Below are positions 9,220 to 20,043 of a stretch of 64,000 nt of DNA, piece by piece. The notes beneath the pieces were generated by a model that saw only the letters and a list, made by a program, of their open reading frames with translations, was not told the origin of the DNA and did no database searches. The stretch comes from Planctomycetota bacterium (GTDB lineage: Bacteria; Planctomycetota; UBA8108; SXIK01), in the NCBI GenBank assembly GCA_965223845.1, contig CBDCXR010000004.1:2848001-2912000 (forward strand). The letters are read 5' to 3'. Position numbers and translations under genes: made by a program. Position 1 is the stretch's first letter. Each line of letters begins with the position of its first letter.

Positions 9220-9644
9220 GCCGCGAGCCAAAAGCGAGCCTCGTTGGGGTGAATTCGGTCCGGCTCCGCCGGAACGAAGAGGGGGCTTCGCGAAAGCCCC
9301 CTAAAAAAAACTCCACCCAACCCGAGCCCACCGGCCGCGAGCCAAAAGCGAGCCTCGTTGGGGTGAATTCGGTCCGGCCCTGCCGGAACGAAGAGGGGGC
9401 TTCGCGAAAGCCCCCTAAGAAAACTCCACCCAATCCGAGCCCGCCGGCCGCGAGCCAAAGGCGAGCCTCGTTGGGGTGATTTCGGTCCGGCCCTGCCGGA
9501 ACGAAGAGGGGGCTTCGCGAAAGCCCCCTAAGAAAACTCCACCCAATCCGAGCCCGCCGGCCGCGAGCCAAAGGCGAGCCTCGTTGGGGTGAATTCGGTC
9601 TGGCCCTGCCGGAACGAAGAGGGGGCTTCGCGAAAGCCCCCTAA
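9220..9644. repeat. Tandem array of ~3.75 near-identical 113-114 bp palindrome-rich units (REP/BIME-like)
   Basis: Units start at 9220, 9334, 9447 and 9560. Each has a TCCGGC-N3-GCCGGA hairpin and an AGGGGGCTT-CGCGA-AAGCCCCCT hairpin. Lies between convergent genes. Confidence 0.95.
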
Positions 9645-9650
9645 AAGAAT

Positions 9651-9692
9651 ACATGATTGAAGAAGGGCGCGCCTACGCGCGCCCTTCTTCAA

Positions 9693-9698
<6 letters not shown>
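9651..9698. terminator. 22-bp perfect inverted repeat overlapping the pnp stop codon (terminator/stabiliser)
   Basis: ACATGATTGAAGAAGGGCGCGC-CTAC-GCGCGCCCTTCTTCAATCATGT. Confidence 0.75.
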
Positions 9699-11807
<2,109 letters not shown>

Positions 11808-12163
11808 TCCTTGTCTTTCCGAGACCAGCGTCGGTCTCGCTTCAGCGCCCTTCGAGGCGCCTCGTCTTCTACGGAGTGATTGGTCTCCTCTTTCGAGCGC
11901 GTTCCCCGCCGAGACTTCGGCGGTCCCACTCGAATTCTTCTTTCCGGACGTCACTCCGCGTCGCGGGATCTGATTCGACCGACTCCGGTCGAGCGACTCC
12001 TGCGACTTGAACCTCTCGGTCTCTCTCTTCGAAGGCGAGAGACCACCTCTTCGCCGTCAAGCCAACGTCGGGACGGCGAACCTCGAATGGGTCCTCCTCT
12101 TTCCTCTTCCCTTCGATTCGACTCACTGCCCGCCCCGGGCGAGTCGGCCGGATCGCAACACCC

Positions 12164-12433
12164 CTAGCGGCGGAGACCGAGTGATGCGATCAGCGCCTGG
12201 TACCGGTCGTAATCTTTTCGCGACAGATACTTGAGCAGCTTTGCGCGTCGGCCGACGAGCAGTCGGAGGCCGCGTCGCGACGCGTGGTCCTTCTTGTTCG
12301 CCTTCAGATGCTCAGTGATGTTGCGAATCCGCGCGCTGAGGAGCGCGACCTGGACTTCCGGAGAACCCGTGTCTCCGGTCTTTCGTTCGTACTTGCCACA
12401 GATCCCTCGCCGATCTTCCGCGGTCACAGCCAT
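12164..12433 (-). CDS. rpsO: 30S ribosomal protein S15
   Basis: 89 aa; [33 protein letters not shown]; upstream of pnp. Confidence 0.98.
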   Translation of the reverse strand: MAVTAEDRRGICGKYERKTGDTGSPEVQVALLSARIRNITEHLKANKKDHASRRGLRLLVGRRAKLLKYLSRKDYDRYQALIASLGLRR

Positions 12434-12624
12434 CGCTGGCCCTCGCTTTCTTGAAACCCGGCCGTTCCTCGATGGCGTGCGTCGCTTCGCTGGCCACGCC
12501 GAAGCGCGACGCTCGGACGCACGATTCGCTGAATCGTTCCGGAAGACTGGATCGCCAGTCCACTCTGATTCGGATACGCCCAGCCGACGGAGGCACACGT
12601 CTTCGCGTGCGTCCCGAGACTGAT

Positions 12625-12730
12625 GCGGACCCAAGCCAACAACTCCGCGGCGAGAAACGGACGGCGACGCGATTCCTTCTCGCTCGCGCTTCCGCCCACA
12701 CCTCGGAGTTGACACAAGCCGCGTATCCTA
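12625..12730 (-). promoter_or_regulatory. Putative rpsO promoter (-10 TAGGAT) and long leader hairpin
   Basis: TGG-TAGGAT at 12730-12725, then nested stems CAACTCCG/CGGAGTTG, GGGCGG/CCGTCC and CGCGA/TCGCG. Confidence 0.35.
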
Positions 12731-12815
12731 CCACTGCCCGTGGGACGGGGGAACCACCAAGTCCCCTCGGTAGGCCGAGTTCGGACGCCCTTCGCGCGAC
12801 GGTCCGAAGCGACGA

Positions 12816-13265
12816 TCAAGTGGCATCCGAGCCCGCATCGGGCTCGGCCGCGGTCGCGCCGGCTGCGCGATCGAGGTAGGACTGGAGGAGGATCTGAGCC
12901 GCGACCTTGTCGATGCGCTCGGCGCGCTGGTGAAACGAGAATCCCGCCTCTCGGAGTAGATCCTCCGCCTGAACCGTCGTCAGACGCTCATCGTAGGTAT
13001 CGACCGGGAGCTCGAGCGACCTTGCGAGACGGTCACGGAAAGCGAGGACTTCCTTCGCCTTACGTCCGACGCTGCCGTCCATATTGAGCGGGAGCCCCAC
13101 GACGACCCGATCGACCTCTTCAGTCTCGATGAGGCGATCGAGCTCTCGGCGAAGCGCCGCTTCTCCGTGGAGGACCGCGACCGGCGAGGCGAGCGTCCGT
13201 CCGGTGTCACTGAGCGCGAGCCCGAAGCGTTTCGTACCGTAGTCGATTCCGATAACGCGCCCCAC
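12816..13265 (-). CDS. ruvX: YqgF/RuvX pre-16S rRNA maturation nuclease
   Basis: IGIDYGTKRFGLALSD, VVGLPLNMDG, DERLTT, IDKVAAQILLQSYLD. Confidence 0.95.
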   Translation of the reverse strand: MGRVIGIDYGTKRFGLALSDTGRTLASPVAVLHGEAALRRELDRLIETEEVDRVVVGLPLNMDGSVGRKAKEVLAFRDRLARSLELPVDTYDERLTTVQAEDLLREAGFSFHQRAERIDKVAAQILLQSYLDRAAGATAAEPDAGSDAT

Positions 13266-13266
13266 T

Positions 13267-14097
13267 TCAGGCCCCGCGCGCGATCATCGCCTCGATCGAC
13301 GCGTTTTCCTTCGCGTTCGGATAGCTCGCCCGCGCCGCTTCGAGCACCGATCGAGCGAAATCCGCGCGCCCGGACCGCAGGTACGCCTCCGCCCGCCGTA
13401 CGAACCGCAGGCGGTCCTCCGCCGGCGAAAACTCGAGCTCATCGATCTCCGCCAAGTACTCGAGCACGTCCTCCGGCTCGACGAAGCGCGGGAGCTTTCG
13501 CAGGTAGAGATCCTTGAGGTAGCGCGCCGCTTGGTCGAAGTAGTGCCGGCGGTGGCGCCGACCGCGCTCGGCGAAATAGAACTCGCGAAAGCGCAGCGCG
13601 GCTTCGCGAAACTGCTTCCGCTCGAGATGGTGCTCGCCGAGGAGGAAGAGGCAGTCGAGATAGTCCTTCCGGTCGAGAGACTCGGCCAGGAATCGACGCC
13701 CCCAGCGGAGCTCCATCTCCCAGAGAATCTCCACCGCCTTTTCGGGTTCGCAGTGAGTCAAGTGGTGAAGGATGAGGAGCGCGCGCGCCTCGGGGTCGGT
13801 CTTGTAGAAGAAGAAGGGACGAGAGCGCTTCACCGGCGGTGGCCGCACCGCGCGCCGGTACGCCCGAAACGCGTGATCGAATTCCGCACGTCGGGTCGGG
13901 TCGCCGATCGCCTCGTACGCCTCGACGACCTCGCGCATCCGCCGCTCAGACCACTCGCGCCGCTCGGGATTCTTGTCCGGATGCGTCGCCATGACCTGCC
14001 GCTTGAACGCCGAGCGGATCTGCTCGGCGCTCGAGTCGGGCGAGACGTCGAGCACCTCGTAGTAGTTGATTACCTTGCGGGGCTTGATCGTGCGCAT
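13267..14097 (-). CDS. DnaJ (J-domain) protein with a helical/TPR-like C-terminus
   Basis: NYYEVLDV..THPDKNP..EAYEAIGDPTRRAEFD. Confidence 0.85.
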   Translation of the reverse strand: MRTIKPRKVINYYEVLDVSPDSSAEQIRSAFKRQVMATHPDKNPERREWSERRMREVVEAYEAIGDPTRRAEFDHAFRAYRRAVRPPPVKRSRPFFFYKTDPEARALLILHHLTHCEPEKAVEILWEMELRWGRRFLAESLDRKDYLDCLFLLGEHHLERKQFREAALRFREFYFAERGRRHRRHYFDQAARYLKDLYLRKLPRFVEPEDVLEYLAEIDELEFSPAEDRLRFVRRAEAYLRSGRADFARSVLEAARASYPNAKENASIEAMIARGA

Positions 14098-14132
14098 GGT
14101 CTCATGGGCGTCGAATGCAGTTCCGCAGACGA

Positions 14133-14582
14133 CTACAGTTTTCTCTCACTGTCGAGGAGGAGGGTCACCGGTCCGTCATTCTCGAGCTCGACCTGCATGT
14201 TCGCCCTGAACCGACCCTCCGCCGGCGGGAAGCCCAACTCCGCTAGACGCTCCGCAAACGAGCGGTAGAGCGCCTCCGCCGGGCCTGGATCTCCGGCACG
14301 ATCAAAGCTCGGCCGCCGCCCGCGACGGCAGTCGCCGTAGAGAGTGAACTGCGACACGAGAAGAATCGCGCCGCCGGCCTCTCGCAGGTCGACGTTCATC
14401 GAGCGATCGCCGTCCGGGAAGACTCGGAGCCCAACGATCTTGTCGGCCAGATAGCGAACGTCCTCGGCCCCGTCCTCACGGGCGACGCCGAGAAAGACGA
14501 CGAGTCCCCGCTCGATTTCCCCGCAGATCTCGCCGCCGACGCGGACCGCCGCTCGACGGACCCTCTGGACTACGGCTCGCAC
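14133..14582 (-). CDS. dtd: D-aminoacyl-tRNA deacylase
   Basis: RAVVQRV, SQFTLYGDCRRGRRPSF, MQVELENDGPVT; GTG start at 14582. Confidence 0.96.
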   Translation of the reverse strand: MRAVVQRVRRAAVRVGGEICGEIERGLVVFLGVAREDGAEDVRYLADKIVGLRVFPDGDRSMNVDLREAGGAILLVSQFTLYGDCRRGRRPSFDRAGDPGPAEALYRSFAERLAELGFPPAEGRFRANMQVELENDGPVTLLLDSERKL

Positions 14583-14720
14583 GGCGAGACTCTCATCGGC
14601 ATCCGGACGAAACCGGTAGTCTACCATCGGACCGACGCGGAGAGGGAGAACGATCTCTCAGCTCTCGCCGAAGCCCAAACCGCACCTTCGGCGCGCTCCG
14701 AAGGGACGCACGCAGCAGGG

Positions 14721-16706
14721 TCAACTCACCGTCGAGGTGCGACTGCGGGACCGGGAACGCTCGGCGATCGAGTCGGCCGGCTCGGCGTGGACGGTCGACT
14801 TCGATGCCACTCCGTTCGCCGCCAGCGCCGCCGCCGTCTGAACGACCTTCTCGACGGTGAGACCGCAGTCGGCGAGAAGGCGATCACGGGAACCGATCCC
14901 CTGGAAGGAGTCCGGCACACCGAAGCGGGCGACGCGGGAGAAGGAGAGCCCCTCGTCGACGATGGCCTCGAGGACGGCGCTGCCGAATCCGCCGCTGAGC
15001 GCATGCTCCTCGAGCGTGACCAGGCTGTGGTGGCGCTCCGCCAGAGCATGGAGGAGGCCGGTGTCGAAGGGCTTCGCGAAGCGCGCGTTGACAACGGTGA
15101 CGTCGCGGCCCTCCCGCCGAAGCTCGTCGCTCGCCGAGAAGGCGAGCTCGACCATCGCACCGTAAGCGATGAGGGCGACCCCCTGCCCCTCGACCATGAC
15201 CTCTGCCTTCCCGAGCTCGAGCGGTGAGGCCGTCACGGACGGGAAGGACGGGACGGCCGCCTTCGGGTATCGGATCGCGACCACTCGATTCGTCTGCTCG
15301 AGTCCGAGCTGGAACATACGGACGAACTCCTCACCGTCGCGAGGAGCCATCAGAATGCAGTTCGGAATGCACCGCATGTAGGCGATGTCGAAGACTCCGT
15401 GGTGCGTCCATCCGTCCTCGACGAGCCCGCCGCGGTCGAGGCAGAGAAGAACCGTATTTTCCTGGATGCAGAGGTCGTGCACGAACTGATCGTAAGCGCG
15501 CTGGCAGAAGGTCGAATAGACGCCGAAGACGGGCTTTAGGCCGCCGAAGGCCATTCCCGAAGACACCGCCATGCCGTGCTGCTCAGCGATCCCGACATCG
15601 AAGTAGCGATCCGGAAACTCCTTTCCGAACGCTCCGAGTCCCGTGCCGCCGGGCATGCCGGCGGTGATCGCGACGACGCGTCGATCCTTGCGCGCGGCCT
15701 CGATCACGGTCTCCCTGAAGACGTCCGTGTACATCACCGACTTCGCCTTCGGTTGAGACGGGATCTTCGGGGGCTCGCTGTCACCTTCCGCCCGGGGGAG
15801 GAAGTTCTTCGACGCGTGGTACTTGATCGGATCGTCGGTCGCCGGCTCCCAGCCCTGACCCTTGTTGGTGAGGAGGTGGAGGAGGATCGGCCCGTCCTGA
15901 CTCTTCAGATCACGCAGAATCTCGATCAGCCCGTGGAGATTGTGACCGTCGACGGGCCCGTAGTAATTGAATCCGAGCTCCTGAAAGAGGAGCCCCGGAA
16001 CGAGAGAGTGCTTCATCCCCTCGCGGACGTGCTCGAGCGTCTCTTCCATCTTCTTCCCGACGACGGGAATGCGCGCGAGCAGATCGTGCACCTCTTTCTT
16101 GATCTCGTGGTACTTCGGCTTCGTTCGAATCTTGTTGAAGTATCGCGAGAGCGCCCCCACCGAAACGTCGATCGACATGCGGTTGTCGTTCAGGATGACG
16201 AGGAAATCGCGCCCGATTTCCCCCGCGTGATTCAGCCCTTCGATCGCCATCCCGGCGGCGATCGCCGCGTCCCCGACCACTGCGATCGTTTTCGTGCTTC
16301 GGCCGTGGAGGTGATCGGCGACCGAAACGCCGAGCGCGAGCGAGACCGCCGTGCCGGCGTGCCCGGCGTCGAAGAGATCGAAGACGCTCTCCCGCTTGTT
16401 GCAGAAACCGCTGATTCCGCCGTACTTGCGGATCGAGTCGAAGCGGTCCTTGCGGCCGGTGACGAGCTTGTGCGGATACGTCTGGTGGCTGACATCCCAG
16501 ACGAGCCGATCGCGCGGAAAGTCGAAGACACGATGGAGCGCTAGCGTCAGCTCGACCGTGCCCAGATTGGAAGCGAGGTGCCCCCCATTGGCGTTGACCA
16601 CTTCGATGATGCGCTGGCGAATCTCACCGCCGAGCTGCTCGAGCTCCTCGACGCTGAGCGTCTGGAGATCGTGCGGGTGGTCGACCCGGGAAAGGACGTC
16701 CGACAT
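14721..16706 (-). CDS. dxs: 1-deoxy-D-xylulose-5-phosphate synthase
   Basis: GGHLASNLGTVELT, DVSHQTYPHK, GDAA..LNH..LNDN, DVGIAEQH, DRGGLV; GAGGAG RBS before ATG 16706. Confidence 0.97.
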   Translation of the reverse strand: MSDVLSRVDHPHDLQTLSVEELEQLGGEIRQRIIEVVNANGGHLASNLGTVELTLALHRVFDFPRDRLVWDVSHQTYPHKLVTGRKDRFDSIRKYGGISGFCNKRESVFDLFDAGHAGTAVSLALGVSVADHLHGRSTKTIAVVGDAAIAAGMAIEGLNHAGEIGRDFLVILNDNRMSIDVSVGALSRYFNKIRTKPKYHEIKKEVHDLLARIPVVGKKMEETLEHVREGMKHSLVPGLLFQELGFNYYGPVDGHNLHGLIEILRDLKSQDGPILLHLLTNKGQGWEPATDDPIKYHASKNFLPRAEGDSEPPKIPSQPKAKSVMYTDVFRETVIEAARKDRRVVAITAGMPGGTGLGAFGKEFPDRYFDVGIAEQHGMAVSSGMAFGGLKPVFGVYSTFCQRAYDQFVHDLCIQENTVLLCLDRGGLVEDGWTHHGVFDIAYMRCIPNCILMAPRDGEEFVRMFQLGLEQTNRVVAIRYPKAAVPSFPSVTASPLELGKAEVMVEGQGVALIAYGAMVELAFSASDELRREGRDVTVVNARFAKPFDTGLLHALAERHHSLVTLEEHALSGGFGSAVLEAIVDEGLSFSRVARFGVPDSFQGIGSRDRLLADCGLTVEKVVQTAAALAANGVASKSTVHAEPADSIAERSRSRSRTSTVS

Positions 16707-17291
16707 GAATGGCTCCTCTTGGAGTCCGTTGAACTCGCGCTTCGAATCGAGAAGGTCGGCCTTACGTCGATCCGCGCGCCGCCGGCGGCGGTCGCCGCTC
16801 GGGCGCACCGCGAGAGACGGCGTCGATTCGACCGAAAGTGGCCAGCGATCTCGACAAGACGACGTGTTCCAACGGGCTGTTCGGCGCCCAGCCCCCGGGG
16901 CTTTCTCTACTGACGGGATCGGTCAGGCCGCAGCAGGCCCTCCGCGCGGGGGGAGGCGCCCGATCCGGTGCTCGCGTCGCAGGGTGCGGCGATGAAGCGT
17001 ACTCTGCGGTGAACGGTTCGCGCGCGCGTCAGCGCCAAGTGGGTATCGGGCGCCGGGGCCGAGCGGCCTCGGGAGCGCCTCTCCGCGCGTCGACTCCGCT
17101 CGATGCTCGTCGTTCCTGACCGAAGCGAAGGGGATATTAATAGCGAGAGCGGCGGGGAGAGGACAGGAAAAACCGCGCGGTCGAGGGTGGACTTCACCCA
17201 TCGACGGGAGGCTCGATGTTAGCCTTGATTTCTCACCGGAAGCGGCGAGCGAACCCCGGGACAGAGACGCGGAATCGCGGGCGAGCGACCG

Positions 17292-17675
17292 CTACGCGGG
17301 TGGAGCGGCGTCCTCGCCCGAGTCGGCGTCCTCGTCGACTCGCCGAAGGAGCTCGGCGAGGGGCCCGGCCGCTTCGGCAGCGCGCCACGGCCGGCTCCCG
17401 TCGCCGTCCGCGTCGGTCGCGTCCGCCCCGCTCAGCACCTCGAGCCTCCGCTCGGCGTCCTGGAGGATCCGATAACATTCGCTGAGCGCCTTCGCCCCTT
17501 GCTGGTATTCGTCGAGGCTCTGCTCGAGAGACAGCTCACCGCGCTCGAGACGATCGGCCGCGCGCTCGGCCGTCGCGAACGCGTCTTCGAACGACAGAGA
17601 GTCCCCGGCACTTCCGTCATCGTCCGAGGGAGAGGGCTCCGACTCGGGTTTCGGTTTTCGGCTGCGGGGACTCAT
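17292..17675 (-). CDS. xseB: Exodeoxyribonuclease VII small subunit
   Basis: SFEDAF..LERGELSLEQSLDEYQQG..CYRILQDAERRLEVL; follows xseA. Confidence 0.9.
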   Translation of the reverse strand: MSPRSRKPKPESEPSPSDDDGSAGDSLSFEDAFATAERAADRLERGELSLEQSLDEYQQGAKALSECYRILQDAERRLEVLSGADATDADGDGSRPWRAAEAAGPLAELLRRVDEDADSGEDAAPPA

Positions 17676-17716
17676 GCGGAATCGTCTCTCCGGAGGAATC
17701 GAACCTCACGCAGGCG

Positions 17717-19048
17717 TCACTCGGTGTCTCCCGCGCCGGAGCGGTCCGGCGCATCGACCCGAGCCCCGAAGCGACCGCGGGCGACGACGATCTCGATGCG
17801 CTCGCCCGGAGTGACCTGAGCGGGATCGCGAATCGCAGATCGTCCGTCCGCCCCCTCCGCACCGTCCGCGAGCGCGATGGCGTAGCCGCGCGCGAGAACT
17901 CGGAGCGGACTGAGCGCCTCGAGGCGACCAGCGAGCCCGAGGACGGCATCTTGGCCGCGGTCGAGACGCGAGTAAAGACGATTTCGAAGCGCGAGGACGG
18001 CATCGTCGACGCGCGCCCGGCGCTCTTCGATAGCGACCGCCGGCTCCGTGAGCGGTCGCCGCCGCGCCAGGACTTCAAGACGCTCGCCCGCCCGCCGCAG
18101 CGCAGATCGCGTCGCGCGGGTAACGCGTCGTGCGAGCCCCCCGAGGCCGTCGAGGAGATCATCGACGGGGGGAACGACGAGCTCGGCCGCGTGGGTCGGC
18201 GTCTGCGCTCTCGCATCCGCGACGAAATCGGCGATCGTGAAGTCGACCTCGTGTCCGATCGCCGACACGACCGGCACGGCCGCGTCGGCGATCGCGCGTG
18301 CGACCGCTTCCTCGTTGAACGACCATAGATCCTCGAGGCTGCCGCCGCCGCGGGTGAGCACGATGACGTCGACCTCCCCGGTGCGCTCGAGCTCGGCGAG
18401 AGCGCGGACGATCTCTTCGTCGGCGCCGTCCCCTTGGACGCGGACGGGGATCATGCGGACGTGCGCCGACGGGAATCGACGGAACAAGATGCGCAAGAAA
18501 TCCTGCACCGCCGCACCGCGCGGCGAGGTGATCAATCCGATGCGAAGCGGAAGAAACGGCAGCGGGCGCTTTCGCGCGGCGGCGAAGAGCCCCTCGTCGC
18601 GCAGTCGCTCCTTCAGTGCCTCGAACCTTCGCTGCAGATCGCCGACGCCGACCGGGTCGAGACCGTCGACGATGAGCTGGTACGTCCCCCGCGGCTCGTA
18701 GACGGCGATGCGGCCGGAGAGGACGACGCGCTCTCCGTTTTGTGGCGGGTGGCGAAGTCTCGCAGCAGAAGATCGCCAGACCACACACGGAAGCTGCGCC
18801 GACGAGTGCCGCGAACCCGATGCCGCCGCCGCATCGTCGACGAGCGAGAAGTAGAAGTGTCCGGACTGCGGGCGGCTGACGTTCGAGACCTCCCCCTCGA
18901 CGCGAAGGCGCGGGAAGGACGACTCGAGGAGCTCGCGGATGGCGGCCGCCACCTCCGCAACGCGATAGATCGCCAAGCCGTCGTCCGGCGCCGGCGCGCC
19001 GCTCCCGGCTCGCGGCGGAGGTTCGAAGGAGAACTCGGACTGCTTCAT
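17717..19048 (-). CDS. xseA: Exodeoxyribonuclease VII large subunit
   Basis: VEGEVSN..SGHFYFSL, ITSPRGAAVQD, RGGGSLEDLWSFNEE, SAIGHEVD, LSPLRVLARGY. Confidence 0.97.
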   Translation of the reverse strand: MKQSEFSFEPPPRAGSGAPAPDDGLAIYRVAEVAAAIRELLESSFPRLRVEGEVSNVSRPQSGHFYFSLVDDAAAASGSRHSSAQLPCVVWRSSAARLRHPPQNGERVVLSGRIAVYEPRGTYQLIVDGLDPVGVGDLQRRFEALKERLRDEGLFAAARKRPLPFLPLRIGLITSPRGAAVQDFLRILFRRFPSAHVRMIPVRVQGDGADEEIVRALAELERTGEVDVIVLTRGGGSLEDLWSFNEEAVARAIADAAVPVVSAIGHEVDFTIADFVADARAQTPTHAAELVVPPVDDLLDGLGGLARRVTRATRSALRRAGERLEVLARRRPLTEPAVAIEERRARVDDAVLALRNRLYSRLDRGQDAVLGLAGRLEALSPLRVLARGYAIALADGAEGADGRSAIRDPAQVTPGERIEIVVARGRFGARVDAPDRSGAGDTE

Positions 19049-19111
19049 GGTCGGTGGCTAGCTTGCGGCGGATCGGAACGCAGCGCGGTGAGCGTCACCG
19101 CCGCGGCACAC

Positions 19112-19921
19112 TCAACTCGCGGCGCCTCCGCGCGACTCCTGCGGCAGCTCCACGCGCTCGATGCTTTGGGCCTTTCCGGTCGCCGAATCGACTTCGACCA
19201 GAGCGCCGCACAATCGGACGTCTCCGCTCGCGACGTTGAACGTCGCGTGCATGCTCGTCTCGAACTTGTGGATCACCGCGTCCTTTTCCCGCCCGATGAC
19301 AGAGTCGTACGGGCCGGTCATCCCGATGTCGGTGATGTACGCAGTCCCGCCGGGAAGCACTCGTGCGTCCGCGGTCGGAATGTGGGTGTGCGTACCGAAG
19401 ATCAACGACGCGGCTCCGTCGAACCTCCAGGCGAGGGCGAGCTTTTCGCTCGTCGCCTCGGCGTGGATCTCTACGACGATCACGTCGCACTCGGGCCGCA
19501 GTCGCTCGAGCGCTCGCTCGACGGCTTCGAACGGACAACTCGCCGGCCCCATAAAGATGCGACCGGCGACGGTGACGACGCCGATGCGCGCCCCGCTTCG
19601 CGACGCGAGGACTGTCGATCCACGGCCCGCGGCCTTCGCGGGATAGTTGATGGGCCGGATGAGACGGTCATCCGACTCGAGGACCGGCTTGATCTCCATG
19701 CGGCGCCAGACGTGGTCGCCACAGGTCACGCAGTCGACGCCGGCGCCGACGATCTCCTTGAAAAGGTTTCGCGTGATGCCGCTTCCTTGCGCGGCGTTCT
19801 CCCCGTTCGCGATGATGAAATCGATCGATCGCTCCGCGACGAACGCGGGGAGTCGTTCCTTCAGTACCGTTCGGCCCGGCTTTCCCACAATATCCCCGAC
19901 GACGAGGATGCGGATGATCAC
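19112..19921 (-). CDS. YmdB-like (TIGR00282) metallophosphoesterase
   Basis: GDIVGKPGR, NGENAAQG, HAEATSEK, GTHTHIPTAD, TDIGMTGPYDSVIG; downstream of rny. Confidence 0.95.
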   Translation of the reverse strand: MIIRILVVGDIVGKPGRTVLKERLPAFVAERSIDFIIANGENAAQGSGITRNLFKEIVGAGVDCVTCGDHVWRRMEIKPVLESDDRLIRPINYPAKAAGRGSTVLASRSGARIGVVTVAGRIFMGPASCPFEAVERALERLRPECDVIVVEIHAEATSEKLALAWRFDGAASLIFGTHTHIPTADARVLPGGTAYITDIGMTGPYDSVIGREKDAVIHKFETSMHATFNVASGDVRLCGALVEVDSATGKAQSIERVELPQESRGGAAS

Positions 19922-20043
19922 GCGTAGACCTTTCGAGAAATCGGGCTCAGGGAACGCCGGACCGCGCACGCGACGGCAGGACGGAGCGCGCGAGCCGGAT
20001 TCATGACCGCGACGTCACGGCGACGTGCCCGCCGCCGTCGCCG

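Noticed and set aside
9220-9644. CRISPR array
   Set aside because: The units are near-identical over their whole 113 bp, with no unique spacers, and no cas genes are in the window.
12625-12722. SRP RNA (ffs)
   Set aside because: The hairpin lacks the conserved CAGG..GGAA..AGCAG domain IV motif.
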